Origin: Sulfolobales archaeon HS-7
Lineage (GTDB): Archaea > Thermoproteota > Thermoprotei_A > Sulfolobales > Sulfolobaceae
Assembly (NCBI GenBank): GCA_019704295.1
Contig: AP024596.1
Coordinates: 1,344,001-1,408,000, forward strand
Direction: 5' to 3'
DNA length: 64,000 bases
Shown here: positions 39,307 through 50,947 of the stretch, in pieces
How positions within the stretch are numbered: position 1 is the stretch's first letter
How the letters are laid out: each line of letters starts with the position of its first letter
Made by a program: the position numbers and the translations under genes
Notes under the pieces: model-generated
Told to the model about the DNA's origin: nothing
Databases searched by the model: none
What the model saw: only the letters and a program-made list of their open reading frames with translations

Positions 39307-40706
39307 AAGCTGTAGTAGTAGGAAGCGGATTTGGGGGTCTGGCCGCTTCCCTTATCCTCAGCAAGAAAGGGTTTGAAGTTACAGTTCTTGAGAAACAGGA
39401 TCGACCTGGGGGGAGATCTAGGGAATTAACCATTGGGGAATACAGGTTCGACATGGGTCCTTCTTGGTATTTAATGAAAGACGCCTTCAATACCTTCTTT
39501 AACGATGCGTCAATTTCCCCACCTGAAGTAGTTAAGCTAGAGAAATTATACTCTCTAGCAACGGGAAAGTACGGGGAGAAGGGTGAGGTATACGACGTTT
39601 TCTCAGATCTCTCTCCATTTAGCGACCAAATTCACAGCTACTTGTCTACCTTGGAGGAAATGTACGGAATAGCTATGAATAAATTCATATTCAAGGAGAT
39701 GAGGCTCAGGGATTTCCTAGACGCTGATGTGATAAGGAACTTCAGCAGATTACCATTATTTTCTAACCTTAATGAGTTTAATAGGAGATTTTTTCATTCG
39801 GATTGGGAACTAAAGGCTCTGGGTTTTCCAGCCGTGTTTTTAGGAGGATCTCCTTTTAACATTCCGGCAATCTACTCCATTATTAATTACTCCATACTTT
39901 CAGAGGGCGTTTTCTATCCGAAGGGAGGCTTTTCAGGGCTAGTAAACTACCTTTACCAAAAGTGCGTTGAAAGAAAGGTGAGTTTTCACTTTAACGTGAA
40001 TGTCGATAAGATTGAGACGAGGGATAAGAGGATAACCTCAGTGATTTCAGGGGAGAAGAGGTTTGAGGGAGATGTCTTCGTCTTTAATGCGGACTACCGT
40101 TTCATTGATTCCTTACTTCCTTCACAATACTCTTTGGGCAGCCTTTACTGGTCGAAGAGGAAACTTGCCCCCTCGGCGCTTCTCTTCTATCTAGGGGTAG
40201 ACGACCTTGAGTTCCCCCATCATCAGGTCATCGTTAACGGAAATTGGAAAGAACACTTCGATTCAATAGAGAGGGGCACAGCGCCAGCGATTGAAAATAC
40301 GTCATATTACGTTAGCTATAGAGCAGCTACGGATAAGGAGATCCGAGCAAAGGACCTTGTGCTCCTAATCCCCATAGCGCCGGGAGTTAACGTAGAGAGT
40401 CCGGAGTTAATCCTCAAGGGGATCCTGCGGGATTTGAAGCAGAAGACATCGCAGGAAATTACCGTAAAGGAAGCGAAAATCTACACGCCTATGGATTTCT
40501 CTAGAGACTACAACGCATATAACGGTACTGCCTTTGGTATAGCCCACACTCTAGATCAAACGGGACCTTTTAGACCACCGAACTCTCATAGGAAGTTAAA
40601 AAATGCCTTCTTTGTCGGACAATACGCACAGCCCGGCATAGGCGTTCCCATGGTTCTCACCTCTGCTGTGATTACCTCTAGAGAGATAATGAGAAGGTAC
40701 GGATGA
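39303..40706 (+). CDS. crtI: Phytoene desaturase
   Basis: GSGFGG, 'FDMGPSW', 'YPKGG', 'QTGPFRP', 'PGIGVP'. Confidence 0.93.
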   Translation: MKAVVVGSGFGGLAASLILSKKGFEVTVLEKQDRPGGRSRELTIGEYRFDMGPSWYLMKDAFNTFFNDASISPPEVVKLEKLYSLATGKYGEKGEVYDVFSDLSPFSDQIHSYLSTLEEMYGIAMNKFIFKEMRLRDFLDADVIRNFSRLPLFSNLNEFNRRFFHSDWELKALGFPAVFLGGSPFNIPAIYSIINYSILSEGVFYPKGGFSGLVNYLYQKCVERKVSFHFNVNVDKIETRDKRITSVISGEKRFEGDVFVFNADYRFIDSLLPSQYSLGSLYWSKRKLAPSALLFYLGVDDLEFPHHQVIVNGNWKEHFDSIERGTAPAIENTSYYVSYRAATDKEIRAKDLVLLIPIAPGVNVESPELILKGILRDLKQKTSQEITVKEAKIYTPMDFSRDYNAYNGTAFGIAHTLDQTGPFRPPNSHRKLKNAFFVGQYAQPGIGVPMVLTSAVITSREIMRRYG

Positions 40707-41286
40707 AGTGTTTTGAGGATTTAGATACGTGAAGACACTACCTGCTTCGTCTCTGATACAGTTGTGTAAGCAGTGATGCAGAACGTTATCTCCGTGAACG
40801 TTCTGATCCCTGAGGCTTTTACGAGTTAAACCTCTTTAGACCCTGTTAAGAATTACTATCCTGATACCAAGACCCGCGTTTTCCCCTTGAAATGGGAGTT
40901 CTCAACGCGTAAAAAGCGTAAAGTTATTTGAATGACTAACTCCGCTTAGAAATTCCGTCGTATTCACCTGGTTATCCTATCAGCAGGGGATGAAAGTAGT
41001 GTAAGACCTTTTTCTCGTTGAATTACGTCATTTATTGAAACTACTTAATACCGAGGCTAAACACAACAACCTAGTCTAGAACTCCATTGGTAGCCTACCG
41101 CCATCACCCGTAGTAAACACTGCGTCTAGAAAACAAGGGGTATTGAATTGTAAATTGCCCTCACTCACCACTTTCACTTTGCTAACCGGGTTAATGACGC
41201 TCGATCATCAACACTCCACTCGTTTTAGACCGTATCGTGACCATTCATAAAAATTTTTAAACATACCAGAAGAAAATTCCATAATC

Positions 41287-42855
41287 ATGGACGATGTAGC
41301 TATCTCAGTGAATGACCTGAGGATCACTTACCCTTTTAGAAGTTCCCCCGCATTGGAGGTTGAAAGATTTCAGGTTAGAAATGGAGAGAGCGTGTTGATT
41401 GTAGGTAAATCAGGTTCTGGAAAATCCACGCTTACGTTAGCAATAAACGGGGTAATACCCCACTTAATTCAGGCTGAGGTTAAGGGGGAGGTAATGGTCT
41501 TGGGCAAAAACGTAAGCCAAATCTCCGTTTCAAAGTTATCGCGATTCGTCGGTACCCTTTTGCAGGATCCAGACTCTCAAATATTCAACTACCTAGTTCC
41601 CGATGAGATCGCCTTCGCACTTGAGAACTTCATGGTTCCCCCAGATCAGATATCTTCCATAGTAAGTGAGACAGCAGAGCAAGTCGGAATTACGAAATTG
41701 CTCAACAGGGATACAATCTCATTATCAGGAGGTGAAAAGCAGAGGGTGATGATAGCCTCTATACTTGCAATGAAGCCGGAAATTATCATCCTTGATGAAC
41801 CCACCTCAAGCATAGATCCTAAGGGAACTGCGGAAATACTCTCAACAATAGCCAAACTTAAGGAAAGCGGAAAGACTCTGATTATCGTAGAACACAAAGT
41901 AGAGAGGGTAATTCCTTTCGTAGACAGAGTAGTCCTAATTGACGCGGGGAGGATAGTGGCGGATTTCCCCAAGGAGCACGTAATTGAGTATAGCGAACTC
42001 CTTTCCGAAAAGGGGATAGAGGTACCGGAACACTTTCTCTACATGAAGAGGAAGGGTTTGACATCGATTAACGGTGAGCTTAACGGTTTCTCAATACCTT
42101 CCCCTGCCAGAAATAACTCAAACGATGAGGTTCTTTCCGCCTCAATAGAGGTAAACATTAGCGGAACGAAAATACTGGAAACTAGTATTAGCCTTAAACG
42201 GGGAGAGAGGTTAGCCATTATGGGAAATAACGGAGCGGGTAAGTCCACGCTCTTGAAGGCAATAATGGGGATTCTGGAAAGCGGCGCAAAGTGCAACTTA
42301 AGGTTGTTAGTGGCTGGAAGGGATCTATCCAAATCCAACCTTTACGAGAGGAGCAGATATGTAGCATACCTCCCGCAGAATTTCGAGATAATGTTCACGG
42401 GAAGAAGCGTAATAGACGAAATCAAGGGGGTTATGAAAAGGAGAAAGGTTTATAATGAGGAGTTCCTGCACTCCTTGCTCTCCTCCTTCTCCCTAGAGGG
42501 TATCGCACATGAAAACCCCTTAAATCTCTCCATAGGCCAGAAGAGGAGGGTAGCTCTGGCCACAGTCCTAGCATCAGGGGCTAAAGTGATCATGTTAGAT
42601 GAACCTACAAGCGGTCAGGACTGGTATCACAGGAGAGGACTAGGGGAGGAGGTTTCCAGACTCTCGAAACTCGGTTACTCGTTTATGATAGTTACTCATG
42701 ACTCCAGGTTCGTTTACTGGTACTGTGACAGGGTTGTAGTTATGAGAGACGGGAAAATCACTGACAATGGAACTCCTGAGGAAATCTTCCTGAGAAACGA
42801 GGACGTACTTCCTCCCACAGATTACATTGCGTCTAATAAGGGGGTAATCTCATGA
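41287..42855 (+). CDS. ECF transporter fused double ATPase (EcfA-A')
   Basis: Two Walker A motifs (GKSGSGKS, GNNGAGKS), LSGGEKQR/LSIGQKRR signatures, QDPDSQ Q-helix. Confidence 0.92.
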   Translation: MDDVAISVNDLRITYPFRSSPALEVERFQVRNGESVLIVGKSGSGKSTLTLAINGVIPHLIQAEVKGEVMVLGKNVSQISVSKLSRFVGTLLQDPDSQIFNYLVPDEIAFALENFMVPPDQISSIVSETAEQVGITKLLNRDTISLSGGEKQRVMIASILAMKPEIIILDEPTSSIDPKGTAEILSTIAKLKESGKTLIIVEHKVERVIPFVDRVVLIDAGRIVADFPKEHVIEYSELLSEKGIEVPEHFLYMKRKGLTSINGELNGFSIPSPARNNSNDEVLSASIEVNISGTKILETSISLKRGERLAIMGNNGAGKSTLLKAIMGILESGAKCNLRLLVAGRDLSKSNLYERSRYVAYLPQNFEIMFTGRSVIDEIKGVMKRRKVYNEEFLHSLLSSFSLEGIAHENPLNLSIGQKRRVALATVLASGAKVIMLDEPTSGQDWYHRRGLGEEVSRLSKLGYSFMIVTHDSRFVYWYCDRVVVMRDGKITDNGTPEEIFLRNEDVLPPTDYIASNKGVIS

Positions 42856-43745
42856 TACCTTTTCCCTTAGAGGTCGTCTTACTTATAGCTGTGTACTTAA
42901 CAGCCCTATGGGTAATAGTGGTAAAAGTGGGTTACGAGGGTTTTAGCAGACTTTTTTCCTACTCAACGAGGAGAACTCTTTTCCATTCCCTTAATCCCAT
43001 GACTAAAATACTACTAGAAATTGCAGTATTTTTATTAGTAACCAAGGGGTATCTCGTCATGAACTTTTGGTTATTCGTTACGACTCTATCCGCCTCTTTA
43101 CTTATCCTAACGTTGACGATTTCGGGTAGAATTAGGCTCTTTCTCCTTTACTTTTTATCGTTCTCACTTCTAGTGTTCTGGTCAACCTTTAACTCGTACA
43201 GAGGCACGGGAATACTATTACTTTATTGGCCAGCGTGGTTCGCAAGAGTCATGGGCTACTCTGTGTACGTTAGGTCATCAACCGTAATTACGGGCCTGAT
43301 CAGCGTACTTTACGATCCCGTAATGTTTATTACGCTTTTAGGTGTAATATTGATCCTCTCCACGAATACTACCGATCTCATTAGGTCCTTTGAGGAGTTA
43401 AGGATCCCCCTGCCCATAACCCTCATATTCGCATCATTCCTCAAAGTTCTACCGTCTGCGTTGAAACTGCTAGATGAGTCCCTAAAAATGCAAATCCTTA
43501 AGGGATTAGGATATGGAAAACCTAGGTTCATACTTCCTATTTACTACTTTTACGGCTCGATCCTTGCCCTTTTCCCCGCTTTCGTTTACCTCATAAGAAA
43601 CGTAAAGAGCTTGGCTATATCCCTCGATACTCGTGGGTTTAGGGCGTTCCCTAGAAGGACTTCAATGAAGAAGGTTGGGATCAATAAAATCGATGCGGGA
43701 ATTATTCTTCTCTCTTTAACAGTTATCGTATTCTTGTTAAGGTGA
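42852..43745 (+). CDS. ecfT: ECF transporter transmembrane T component
   Basis: 'LNPMTK', 'QILKG' and 'LDTRGF' coupling motifs. Confidence 0.85.
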   Translation: MIPFPLEVVLLIAVYLTALWVIVVKVGYEGFSRLFSYSTRRTLFHSLNPMTKILLEIAVFLLVTKGYLVMNFWLFVTTLSASLLILTLTISGRIRLFLLYFLSFSLLVFWSTFNSYRGTGILLLYWPAWFARVMGYSVYVRSSTVITGLISVLYDPVMFITLLGVILILSTNTTDLIRSFEELRIPLPITLIFASFLKVLPSALKLLDESLKMQILKGLGYGKPRFILPIYYFYGSILALFPAFVYLIRNVKSLAISLDTRGFRAFPRRTSMKKVGINKIDAGIILLSLTVIVFLLR

Positions 43746-44157
43746 ATTACGCGCGTGATAAGGGTGTTTGCATCAATGAGTTCCCTCAAATTGAATGTCA
43801 CAACCCCTAGTACCTCCATGAAAGAGGCCTTTACCCCTCTAATCTTTCACTTAACAGCATTAATGATGAAATGACGTGAACAGAGCCTTCCCGAATTTAA
43901 CTTTATGTATGGAGGGGAAAATTGAAGATTATTTCGGCAGGCTCAGCATACCCTCCGTGCGGGTTGTAGAGCACAAGATCGTACTTTAAATGGTAGGATT
44001 AATTTTCATCTCCTCAGAATTACTCCCTGAACAATGTTTATGTGAGGGAGACAAAGGAGGATACATTGTTCTTTATACCCTCAAGGAAGTGAGTTCTCAT
44101 GAAATACATAAGTTATTTCCTTAACAGTTTAAATAAGTGTTTTACTTATATGAAATT

Positions 44158-45084
44158 ATGACAGAGGAGGAAGTTAAGAGAGTTTTAATGAATAATCCAG
44201 AAATAATAGCTGATGCATTGGTAGCAAAGCCCCACGTTCTGTACGAAGTACTCTCAAAACTCACTCCCTGGCAGAACCTAGCTACTAAGGATGATTTGAG
44301 GCGACTTGAGGAGAAGATGGCGACTAAGGACGACTTGAAGAACTTAGTGAGTAAGGATGATGCTAAGAACTTCGCGACTAAGGACGACTTGAAGAACTTA
44401 GTGAGTAAGGATGATGCTAAGAACTTCGCGACTAAGGACGACTTGAAGAACTTAGTGAGTAAGGATGATGCTAAGAACTTCGCGACTAAGGACGACTTGA
44501 AGAACTTAGTGAGTAAGGATGATGCTAAGAACTTCGCGACTAAGGACGACTTGAAGAACTTAGTGAGTAAGGATGATGCTAAGAACTTCGCGACTAAGGA
44601 CGACTTGAAGAACTTAGTGAGTAAGGATGATGCTAAGAACTTCGCGACTAAGGACGAACTGGAACTATCCATCAATAAGGCCGTTAGGAAGCTTGAGAAC
44701 CTAATTACGGCCCTTGGAGCGAGGTGGGGGATAATGAGTGAAGACGCCTTTAGAGAGGGCGTTAGGGAAATTCTTAAGGACACAGGTCTAAATGTAACTA
44801 GGGAGGTTCTCTACGATAGGACAGGTTATGTATTCGGCGATCCCTCTGACATAGAAATTGACGTGGTAGTTAAGAACGGAAAGGTTGTCTTAGTTGAAAT
44901 AATGTCATCATTAAAGAGGGGAGATCTGCCTATCGTCGAGAGAAAAAAGGAATTTTACGAGAGGGAGAGGAATTTGAAGGTCGATTCCCTGATAGTTGTG
45001 ACGCCGTTCATACATGACAAGTATCCAGAAAGGTTGAAGGCGTTTGCTAAGGACAGGGGAATAGAAGTAACTTATCCCGAGTGA
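44158..45084 (+). CDS. DUF3782-like protein: nonad-repeat coiled coil plus PD-(D/E)XK-like head; start probably ATG 44158
   Basis: 'ALGARWGIMSEDAFR', 'EIDVVV...VEIMS'; TTTAAATA TATA box 23-30 nt upstream. Confidence 0.85.
   Translation: MTEEEVKRVLMNNPEIIADALVAKPHVLYEVLSKLTPWQNLATKDDLRRLEEKMATKDDLKNLVSKDDAKNFATKDDLKNLVSKDDAKNFATKDDLKNLVSKDDAKNFATKDDLKNLVSKDDAKNFATKDDLKNLVSKDDAKNFATKDDLKNLVSKDDAKNFATKDELELSINKAVRKLENLITALGARWGIMSEDAFREGVREILKDTGLNVTREVLYDRTGYVFGDPSDIEIDVVVKNGKVVLVEIMSSLKRGDLPIVERKKEFYERERNLKVDSLIVVTPFIHDKYPERLKAFAKDRGIEVTYPE
44320..44657 (+). repeat. Perfect 54-bp tandem repeat, six copies plus 14 bp, encoding ATKDDLKNLVSKDDAKNF
   Basis: Units start at 44320, 44374, 44428, 44482, 44536, 44590; partial unit at 44644. 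Confidence 0.97.
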
Positions 45085-45512
45085 ATCTGCTCCAGATTCC
45101 AGGTTAACGACTTCCTTATTAAACGTTCTTAAGGAATACTTCCACGGGAAAACCCCTTAAAATAGGGTCGAGATATCTAATCCCACGAGGTAGTACGTGC
45201 TTCGCCTTTACCATGACCATGGAAGCAGCGAGTCTAGAACCGGCTATATCGACATCGCAATGAAACGCTATCTTCATTGATAACACAACTTTATTGCTCC
45301 GTAAAGCGTTTAATCGCAAATCGGTATGAGTTGCCAGAGGCTGGAAATATCAGAGATTACAAATTGACGTAGGTTTCTGCACATGTCTCTCCCATAAACG
45401 TGTTATGCGTGATCGGTGTAAGGCCCTAAGGGATAAACACAAACCCTCCCCTTTTGAGGGCCTGTAAATTTGGTATTCTAGAAACCAGTAAAACCTGGTG
45501 ATTATTATACAA

Positions 45513-45977
45513 TTAATCTCGTTTTCTCTTATTTCTTTCTAAGTACTTTGACAAGAGGTAATTACAGCCTTCCACCACGATAACCCCAGTGAGAACAGGG
45601 TGTATTACATAGAGTAACTTAACTTTTTCTATCACTCCAAGAAACGTAGCCAAGATTGCGGGGGGATGTTCGAAATCGAGAAGGGAAGTTATTGTGAAAG
45701 AAACGAAAGAAGCTAGCGTAGCTATTAGTAGACTGTTAAGATTTAAAAGGGTGCTAAAGAGGCTGAAGCATACGGCAACCACAGCGCAAATTACGTATGA
45801 AACTACGATGACTATACTCCTAGTCCTTCTCCAATCGGGATCTGGATACTTTGTAGCTGAAGTTGCCAGAAAAGGGGGAAGTATGAACTCCGTGTTAGTT
45901 AAGATAGTTAAGATTAGTAATATGGATATCGATATAATCAGGTTTAGAATAGCTAAAGCCTTTTTTCGGGTGTACAT
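45513..45977 (-). CDS. HPP-family membrane protein
   Basis: 'ILPPFLATS', 'EHPPA'. Confidence 0.85.
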   Translation of the reverse strand: MYTRKKALAILNLIISISILLILTILTNTEFILPPFLATSATKYPDPDWRRTRSIVIVVSYVICAVVAVCFSLFSTLLNLNSLLIATLASFVSFTITSLLDFEHPPAILATFLGVIEKVKLLYVIHPVLTGVIVVEGCNYLLSKYLERNKRKRD

Positions 45978-46728
45978 AAAGACATGTCTTAGATATCATA
46001 TAAAAAGCTCAGGGAAATTAAAGGGAGTTAATCAGTTGATTTAACAGTCTACCCTGTGGGACGCAGTGTCAACACCCTGCGAGAAATATGTAACAGGTAA
46101 TTGACGTAAAAAACTATATAAAGTAAAAAGTTATTAAAATATACATCTTAAATCTAGTTTATTTATTATATACTATAATAATACAGAATTAATCTATATC
46201 ATTACAATAAATAATTACTAAATTTTTGGGAAACTGACTATAAGGTCTTTTCAGCTCAGCGAATTTAACGTTATTAAGGTTTCCTAACTCTGGGCATTAT
46301 TTGCGTGGAAGATTAGCTAGGGATTCGATCTCCGGCGATCCATCCTGTAATATCTCGACTAGGTTATTAATACTCGTTTCCGCATAAAATTTAGTTTTTA
46401 AAACAACATTGAACACTATTGCGTAATTTCCTGCCTCTAGGTGTTACCTCATGCCTGTGAAGTCAACTTTAAGCGTTCCTCGACTTTACTCGGTTGTAGA
46501 GAAACTTTAAGATGTGAATCCCCCCTACTGGGATAACTTCATTGTAACTAAATTCAAGTTTGTATCGTCGAGAGTTCTGAGTTTTTCGCGGAGTTAACAC
46601 TTAAGAGCAATAGGCTGAAAGTCCTTAATTACGTCTGCGAAACTTTCTAAAACGCGTCAATATCAGATAAAGCTTCGCAAGTTATGTTCACGGAATTAAC
46701 TGTTTATAGCCCTGTTGATAATAAGATT

Positions 46729-48735
46729 ATGGTTCTTTATTCGGATGAGAATGAGATTAGAGCCGGAGTACCCTTAGGAGGAATCGGCACAGGTAAAATA
46801 GAGATTAACAATAAGGGGAAAATGATAAATGTAACGATATTCAATAATAGGGGATTTCCTATCAGAAAGGTAAGGGGCTTTCACATCCTGATAATACCCG
46901 ATCATGGAGAGCCTTTTTTCCTTGAGAGGGAATTACCGTTTCTCACACTTAATTATGAGCCGAACAGACTTTTATATGAAGGCTCATATCCGTTTTTCAC
47001 ACTGACGGGAGAAAAAGGTAATGTTGTCGCAAAAGTTAGAGGCTTCTCACCGATAATACCTCATAACCTTCACGATTCGACCCTTCCCGCTGTGGGTTTC
47101 AAAGTTGAACTTAATACTCACGGTTCAGTAGCGATATCCTTTCCGAACATAGTCGGTTCCAACCCTATAGGGAGAATTAACGAGTTAAGAGAGGAAAAAG
47201 TGTTGTTTAGAAACCCCAAGGCCTTTGACGTAGATCCGAGAAAGGGGGAGGTGGTCATTATGGGAAAGGCGTCAACCGTAGTTCAGCAATACAATCTTGA
47301 TGTAAGACCGGAGATAGCGTTAAAGAGAAACGTATGGGAGGAAAAGTACGAGTCCGATGACGTTTGGAAGTCGTTATTGAAGAGGGAGGTTCCCAAATCT
47401 AATGTCCATGAAGTCACTGGTTTCTGGGATAGTCCGGCAAGTCTACTCGTATTTAGGTATGAGGGAGAGCCGGTGAAATTCGTCTTATCATGGTATGTTA
47501 CTGGTAAGCACCTTCAATACCCCTACGGGAGTTATTACCATAATAACTTCTCTGATGCATCTGAAGTAGCGGAATACTTTTACGATAATTTCGATAGGTT
47601 AGAATCCGAATCGGGATTTCTTAAATACATCCCCGAGGAGTTACCAGAGTGGTTAAGAGATGCAATAGCTAATTCCGCGTACACCCTGTCCAGTAATACC
47701 GTACTAGATGAAAGAGGGAGGTTCTCAATTTACGAATCACCCGAAAATTGCCCCTACCTCGGTACGATAGCGGCCCTATGCTACGAAGGAGGCTCCCTAC
47801 CGATCCTCTTATTCTATCCCGAATTAGAGAAGTCCTTCCTTAAAATGATGGGTGATACTATGAGAAATGGGTACGTTCCTCACGATTTAGGTCTTCACTC
47901 CTTAGATCACCCAGCTGACGGTACTACCGCCCCACCCCCGTGGAAGGATACAAATCCTACGTTCGTGCTGTTAATCTACAGGTATTATAAGTTTACCAGG
48001 GACTTGAATTTTCTGGCAGAAATGTATCCTAAGATGATCGAGGCAATTCGATGGGAGGCGTCAGCGGGAAGGGAGGGCGTACCTGAACTTGAAGGTCAAG
48101 GAGATACCGGATTTGACGCTATGTCAATCAAGGGATTAGATAGTTACACCACCTCCCTTTACATTGCATCCCTCGAAGCCCTAAAGCAATCTGCTAAGGT
48201 CTTTAATGATGGAGAGACTGAGAAGTGGGTCAGTTCCCTTTTGAAGAAAGCACGGGAGAAGTTCGAACAACTATATAACGGAAATTACTTTAAGCCTTGG
48301 GAGGGGGAACCTAAAGTAGATGGAATTTTCCTCGGTCAGTTCATAGGACAGTGGTGGGCTGAGATCCTAGAACTTGATAGTGTGTCAGATGAGGATAAGA
48401 TCTCCTCATCTCTGGAGTTCGCCCTGAAGATAAGTCATACGTCATCCCCACACTGTACTCCTAATTTGGTTGGAACCGACGGGAAAATACTGGATTTCAG
48501 CGTTCAGGCGTATTCGTCATGGCCTAGATTAGTATTTTCCACCGGCTGGATAGGAAGTAAGAGGAATAAAGCGTGGTTCGACGTGATCAAAAAAGAGTGG
48601 GATAACCTAGTTAAAAGGGGATTAGTGTGGAATCAACCATCAAGAATAAACGGGTTTACAGGCGAACCAGAGTCCCCTAGCTATCTTGATCACTACATCG
48701 GTAATTCATCTATATGGAGCTTCGTAATAATTTGA
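46729..48735 (+). CDS. GH116 glycoside hydrolase (SSO1353-like beta-glucosidase/xylosidase); start probably ATG 46729
   Basis: 'GVPLGGIGTGK', 'IYES', 'VPHDLG', 'WKDTNP', 'DTGFD'. Confidence 0.9.
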   Translation: MVLYSDENEIRAGVPLGGIGTGKIEINNKGKMINVTIFNNRGFPIRKVRGFHILIIPDHGEPFFLERELPFLTLNYEPNRLLYEGSYPFFTLTGEKGNVVAKVRGFSPIIPHNLHDSTLPAVGFKVELNTHGSVAISFPNIVGSNPIGRINELREEKVLFRNPKAFDVDPRKGEVVIMGKASTVVQQYNLDVRPEIALKRNVWEEKYESDDVWKSLLKREVPKSNVHEVTGFWDSPASLLVFRYEGEPVKFVLSWYVTGKHLQYPYGSYYHNNFSDASEVAEYFYDNFDRLESESGFLKYIPEELPEWLRDAIANSAYTLSSNTVLDERGRFSIYESPENCPYLGTIAALCYEGGSLPILLFYPELEKSFLKMMGDTMRNGYVPHDLGLHSLDHPADGTTAPPPWKDTNPTFVLLIYRYYKFTRDLNFLAEMYPKMIEAIRWEASAGREGVPELEGQGDTGFDAMSIKGLDSYTTSLYIASLEALKQSAKVFNDGETEKWVSSLLKKAREKFEQLYNGNYFKPWEGEPKVDGIFLGQFIGQWWAEILELDSVSDEDKISSSLEFALKISHTSSPHCTPNLVGTDGKILDFSVQAYSSWPRLVFSTGWIGSKRNKAWFDVIKKEWDNLVKRGLVWNQPSRINGFTGEPESPSYLDHYIGNSSIWSFVII

Positions 48736-49519
48736 AGGGAGGTGTAACAACGTTCAATAAACACAACAATCGTAATGTTATACAGTAAAGCTTTCTTGAA
48801 TTTGAGGATTTTAACATATTTTTGTAAATTAATAAAGTATCAATCCTGTCATTATTTTTGGCAATTCACGGAAGTTTTAGAATTTCAATTCGTTTTTACG
48901 AAATTAGGTTATAATTAAACGTTTTGAATAACAGCGGTGGAATGAGCTTAATGGAATATCGTGAAAAACCTGACAACGAGCGTAAAGGTCCTTTACCCTT
49001 CCCTCGACAAAACTAGAACATGTAAAGGCTAAAACGACTTAACAAGGGAATCCTTATCTTTACCTCACCACGTGAAAATTTCTAATAAATAGTTTTAATT
49101 GTCATTGAGATAACTATATAGTTTATATCAATTTTCACTAATAAATGTTAACAGTTCCAGAATCTTTAGCTGCATTCTTTAGTAAGGAAGTACCGACAGC
49201 ACTCAACTCTCATACATAATGTAGTATGCAAGATTATTTATATCTTTTTAATAAATGTTTCCTTTAATACCGGGAAATTCATAAATCCTTTACGATTTTG
49301 ATTAGTTTCTCCGAAAACATATGAGAATAATTGGTTCTATATTTTTAGTAACACTAATAGGGGACAAGTAGGTAGTAGTATAATGGAAAGCATAGCAATA
49401 GACGAGAGAGTGTTCTTCTTCTACAGTTGATCGAGTGATCGCATTGAGAAGCTATAACGTCAAAATGAAAACCTTTGCACTCATCTTCAGGAATTACCCT
49501 AGGATTCATTATTAAATAA

Positions 49520-50030
49520 ACCAGTACGGGGGATCGAGAGGACGGCAATGGAGGATGTCAAGAGGATGAGCCCCAGGTATAAGAGCCGGAGAGAAAAAGG
49601 GAGAAAGGGTTAAGCGAGGTACAGGTTGTTCTAGGGGTCAGGATCGAGATGGAGGAGAGGAGGTTAAGGGCGAGCTCGAGCGGATCTCGGTGAAGCTACC
49701 CGTGTTATATGGTTAGCGAGAGTCAGGGCACAGGTAAAGAAGACTTTCCTAAGAGAGAAGTGGAAGAAGTAAGCTAGCCATAATGTCGATCTACTCGGTG
49801 AGAAAAGTGAGTTAGACGTAAAGCTTCGAATGGATTGAGGAGAGCAGTGACTTAAAGCATCAGTAGGGAACGGAAAGTGAAGTATAAGGGAGGAGAGGAG
49901 GCCTTCTTAGTGACAATTATCGTGACAGAGGAGGGTAAGGGGGTTGTTCTGAATTTTATTCCAGACAGCGGTAGGACGTTATTAGTAATCAATGCTCCTG
50001 GTTAGGTTCTAGGGATCACGCACTTACGAT
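49520..50030 (+). mobile_element. Degraded IS256-family transposase remnant
   Basis: Purine- and GC-rich; broken frames 'GIERTAMEDVKRMSPRYKSRREKGRKG', 'LAIMSIYSV', 'FLVTIIVTEEGKGVVLNFI' resemble IS256 N-terminal and first-Asp regions. Confidence 0.55.
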
Positions 50031-50102
50031 GGATTGCTTAACATTATAAATTACGGGGAGCTTTACTTAACCTACGTGAAATTTAGGAATACCGTGTATT
50101 AA

Positions 50103-50768
50103 TTACAGTATTCTGAAGGAATGAACCGGATCTCCGTCGCTATGCACAATTACCTCGTACTCCTCCAAGATGGCATAAGATTTACACTCCTGAGAACTGT
50201 CTACTCTGAGGTAGTGTGTTCCCCACGGCATTCTAAAATAAGAGAAACAATCACCTGTCATGTGACCATTAACGAATAGTTTGGGAGAAATTTCCCTTAC
50301 TCCCTCCAAGGCTAATATACCGGAATCGTCTTCCCTCATCTTAGGATACACTTCAGGGAGGTAGGGAGGCTGGTGCATCACTAAAATATCTGTACCTTTC
50401 CTCGCTATCCTCTTATAAGCGGCCCTGAATTCGTCTGGAGACAACGAGTATTCACCCTTACCCCCTATTAACCCGTTTATTCCCGCCACCCTCAGGTTTC
50501 CGATCTTATAGATCTTCCCATCACTCATAGCTAATCTCCTTATTACGGGAAAATTTTCGTGATTACCATAAACCGTTAGAAGTTTAACTCGCGTTTCAAT
50601 TTTCAAGAAATCCTCCGAGGACATACCCTCGTCCCAATCTCCCGCGGAAATAAGGTATTCTGGTTTATTATCATCAATCACGTGTAGAAGCCATTCCACA
50701 GCGACCGTTTCATCGACTTTTCTCGGTTTATAGCTCTTGTGAAGATCGCTTATGAGGAGTATTTTCAT
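50103..50768 (-). CDS. Calcineurin-like metallophosphoesterase
   Basis: SDLH, AGDWD, GNHE, HQPP, NGH motifs. Confidence 0.9.
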   Translation of the reverse strand: MKILLISDLHKSYKPRKVDETVAVEWLLHVIDDNKPEYLISAGDWDEGMSSEDFLKIETRVKLLTVYGNHENFPVIRRLAMSDGKIYKIGNLRVAGINGLIGGKGEYSLSPDEFRAAYKRIARKGTDILVMHQPPYLPEVYPKMREDDSGILALEGVREISPKLFVNGHMTGDCFSYFRMPWGTHYLRVDSSQECKSYAILEEYEVIVHSDGDPVHSFRIL

Positions 50769-50947
50769 GAATGAAATTTACATTTCTCCTAAAAATAGCT
50801 TACAACACTTTCCTGAGTTTTACGTAATTAACATGGTGTAAAATAACGCCGCTGGAACCGAGGACTAAAACTCGCCTCTTTCCAGATTGGTCTCTGGGAG
50901 AGGTTTCAAGATATGCGGAGTATAATCCACAAAATAGCTTGTGAGAA

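Noticed and set aside
43863-43925. ATGATGA C-box-like motif
   Set aside because: No proper D box at the expected distance
44142-44783. 213-aa antisense ORF
   Set aside because: Shadow of the 54-bp tandem repeat
45119-45319. 66-aa - strand ORF
   Set aside because: TTG start, no motif or promoter support
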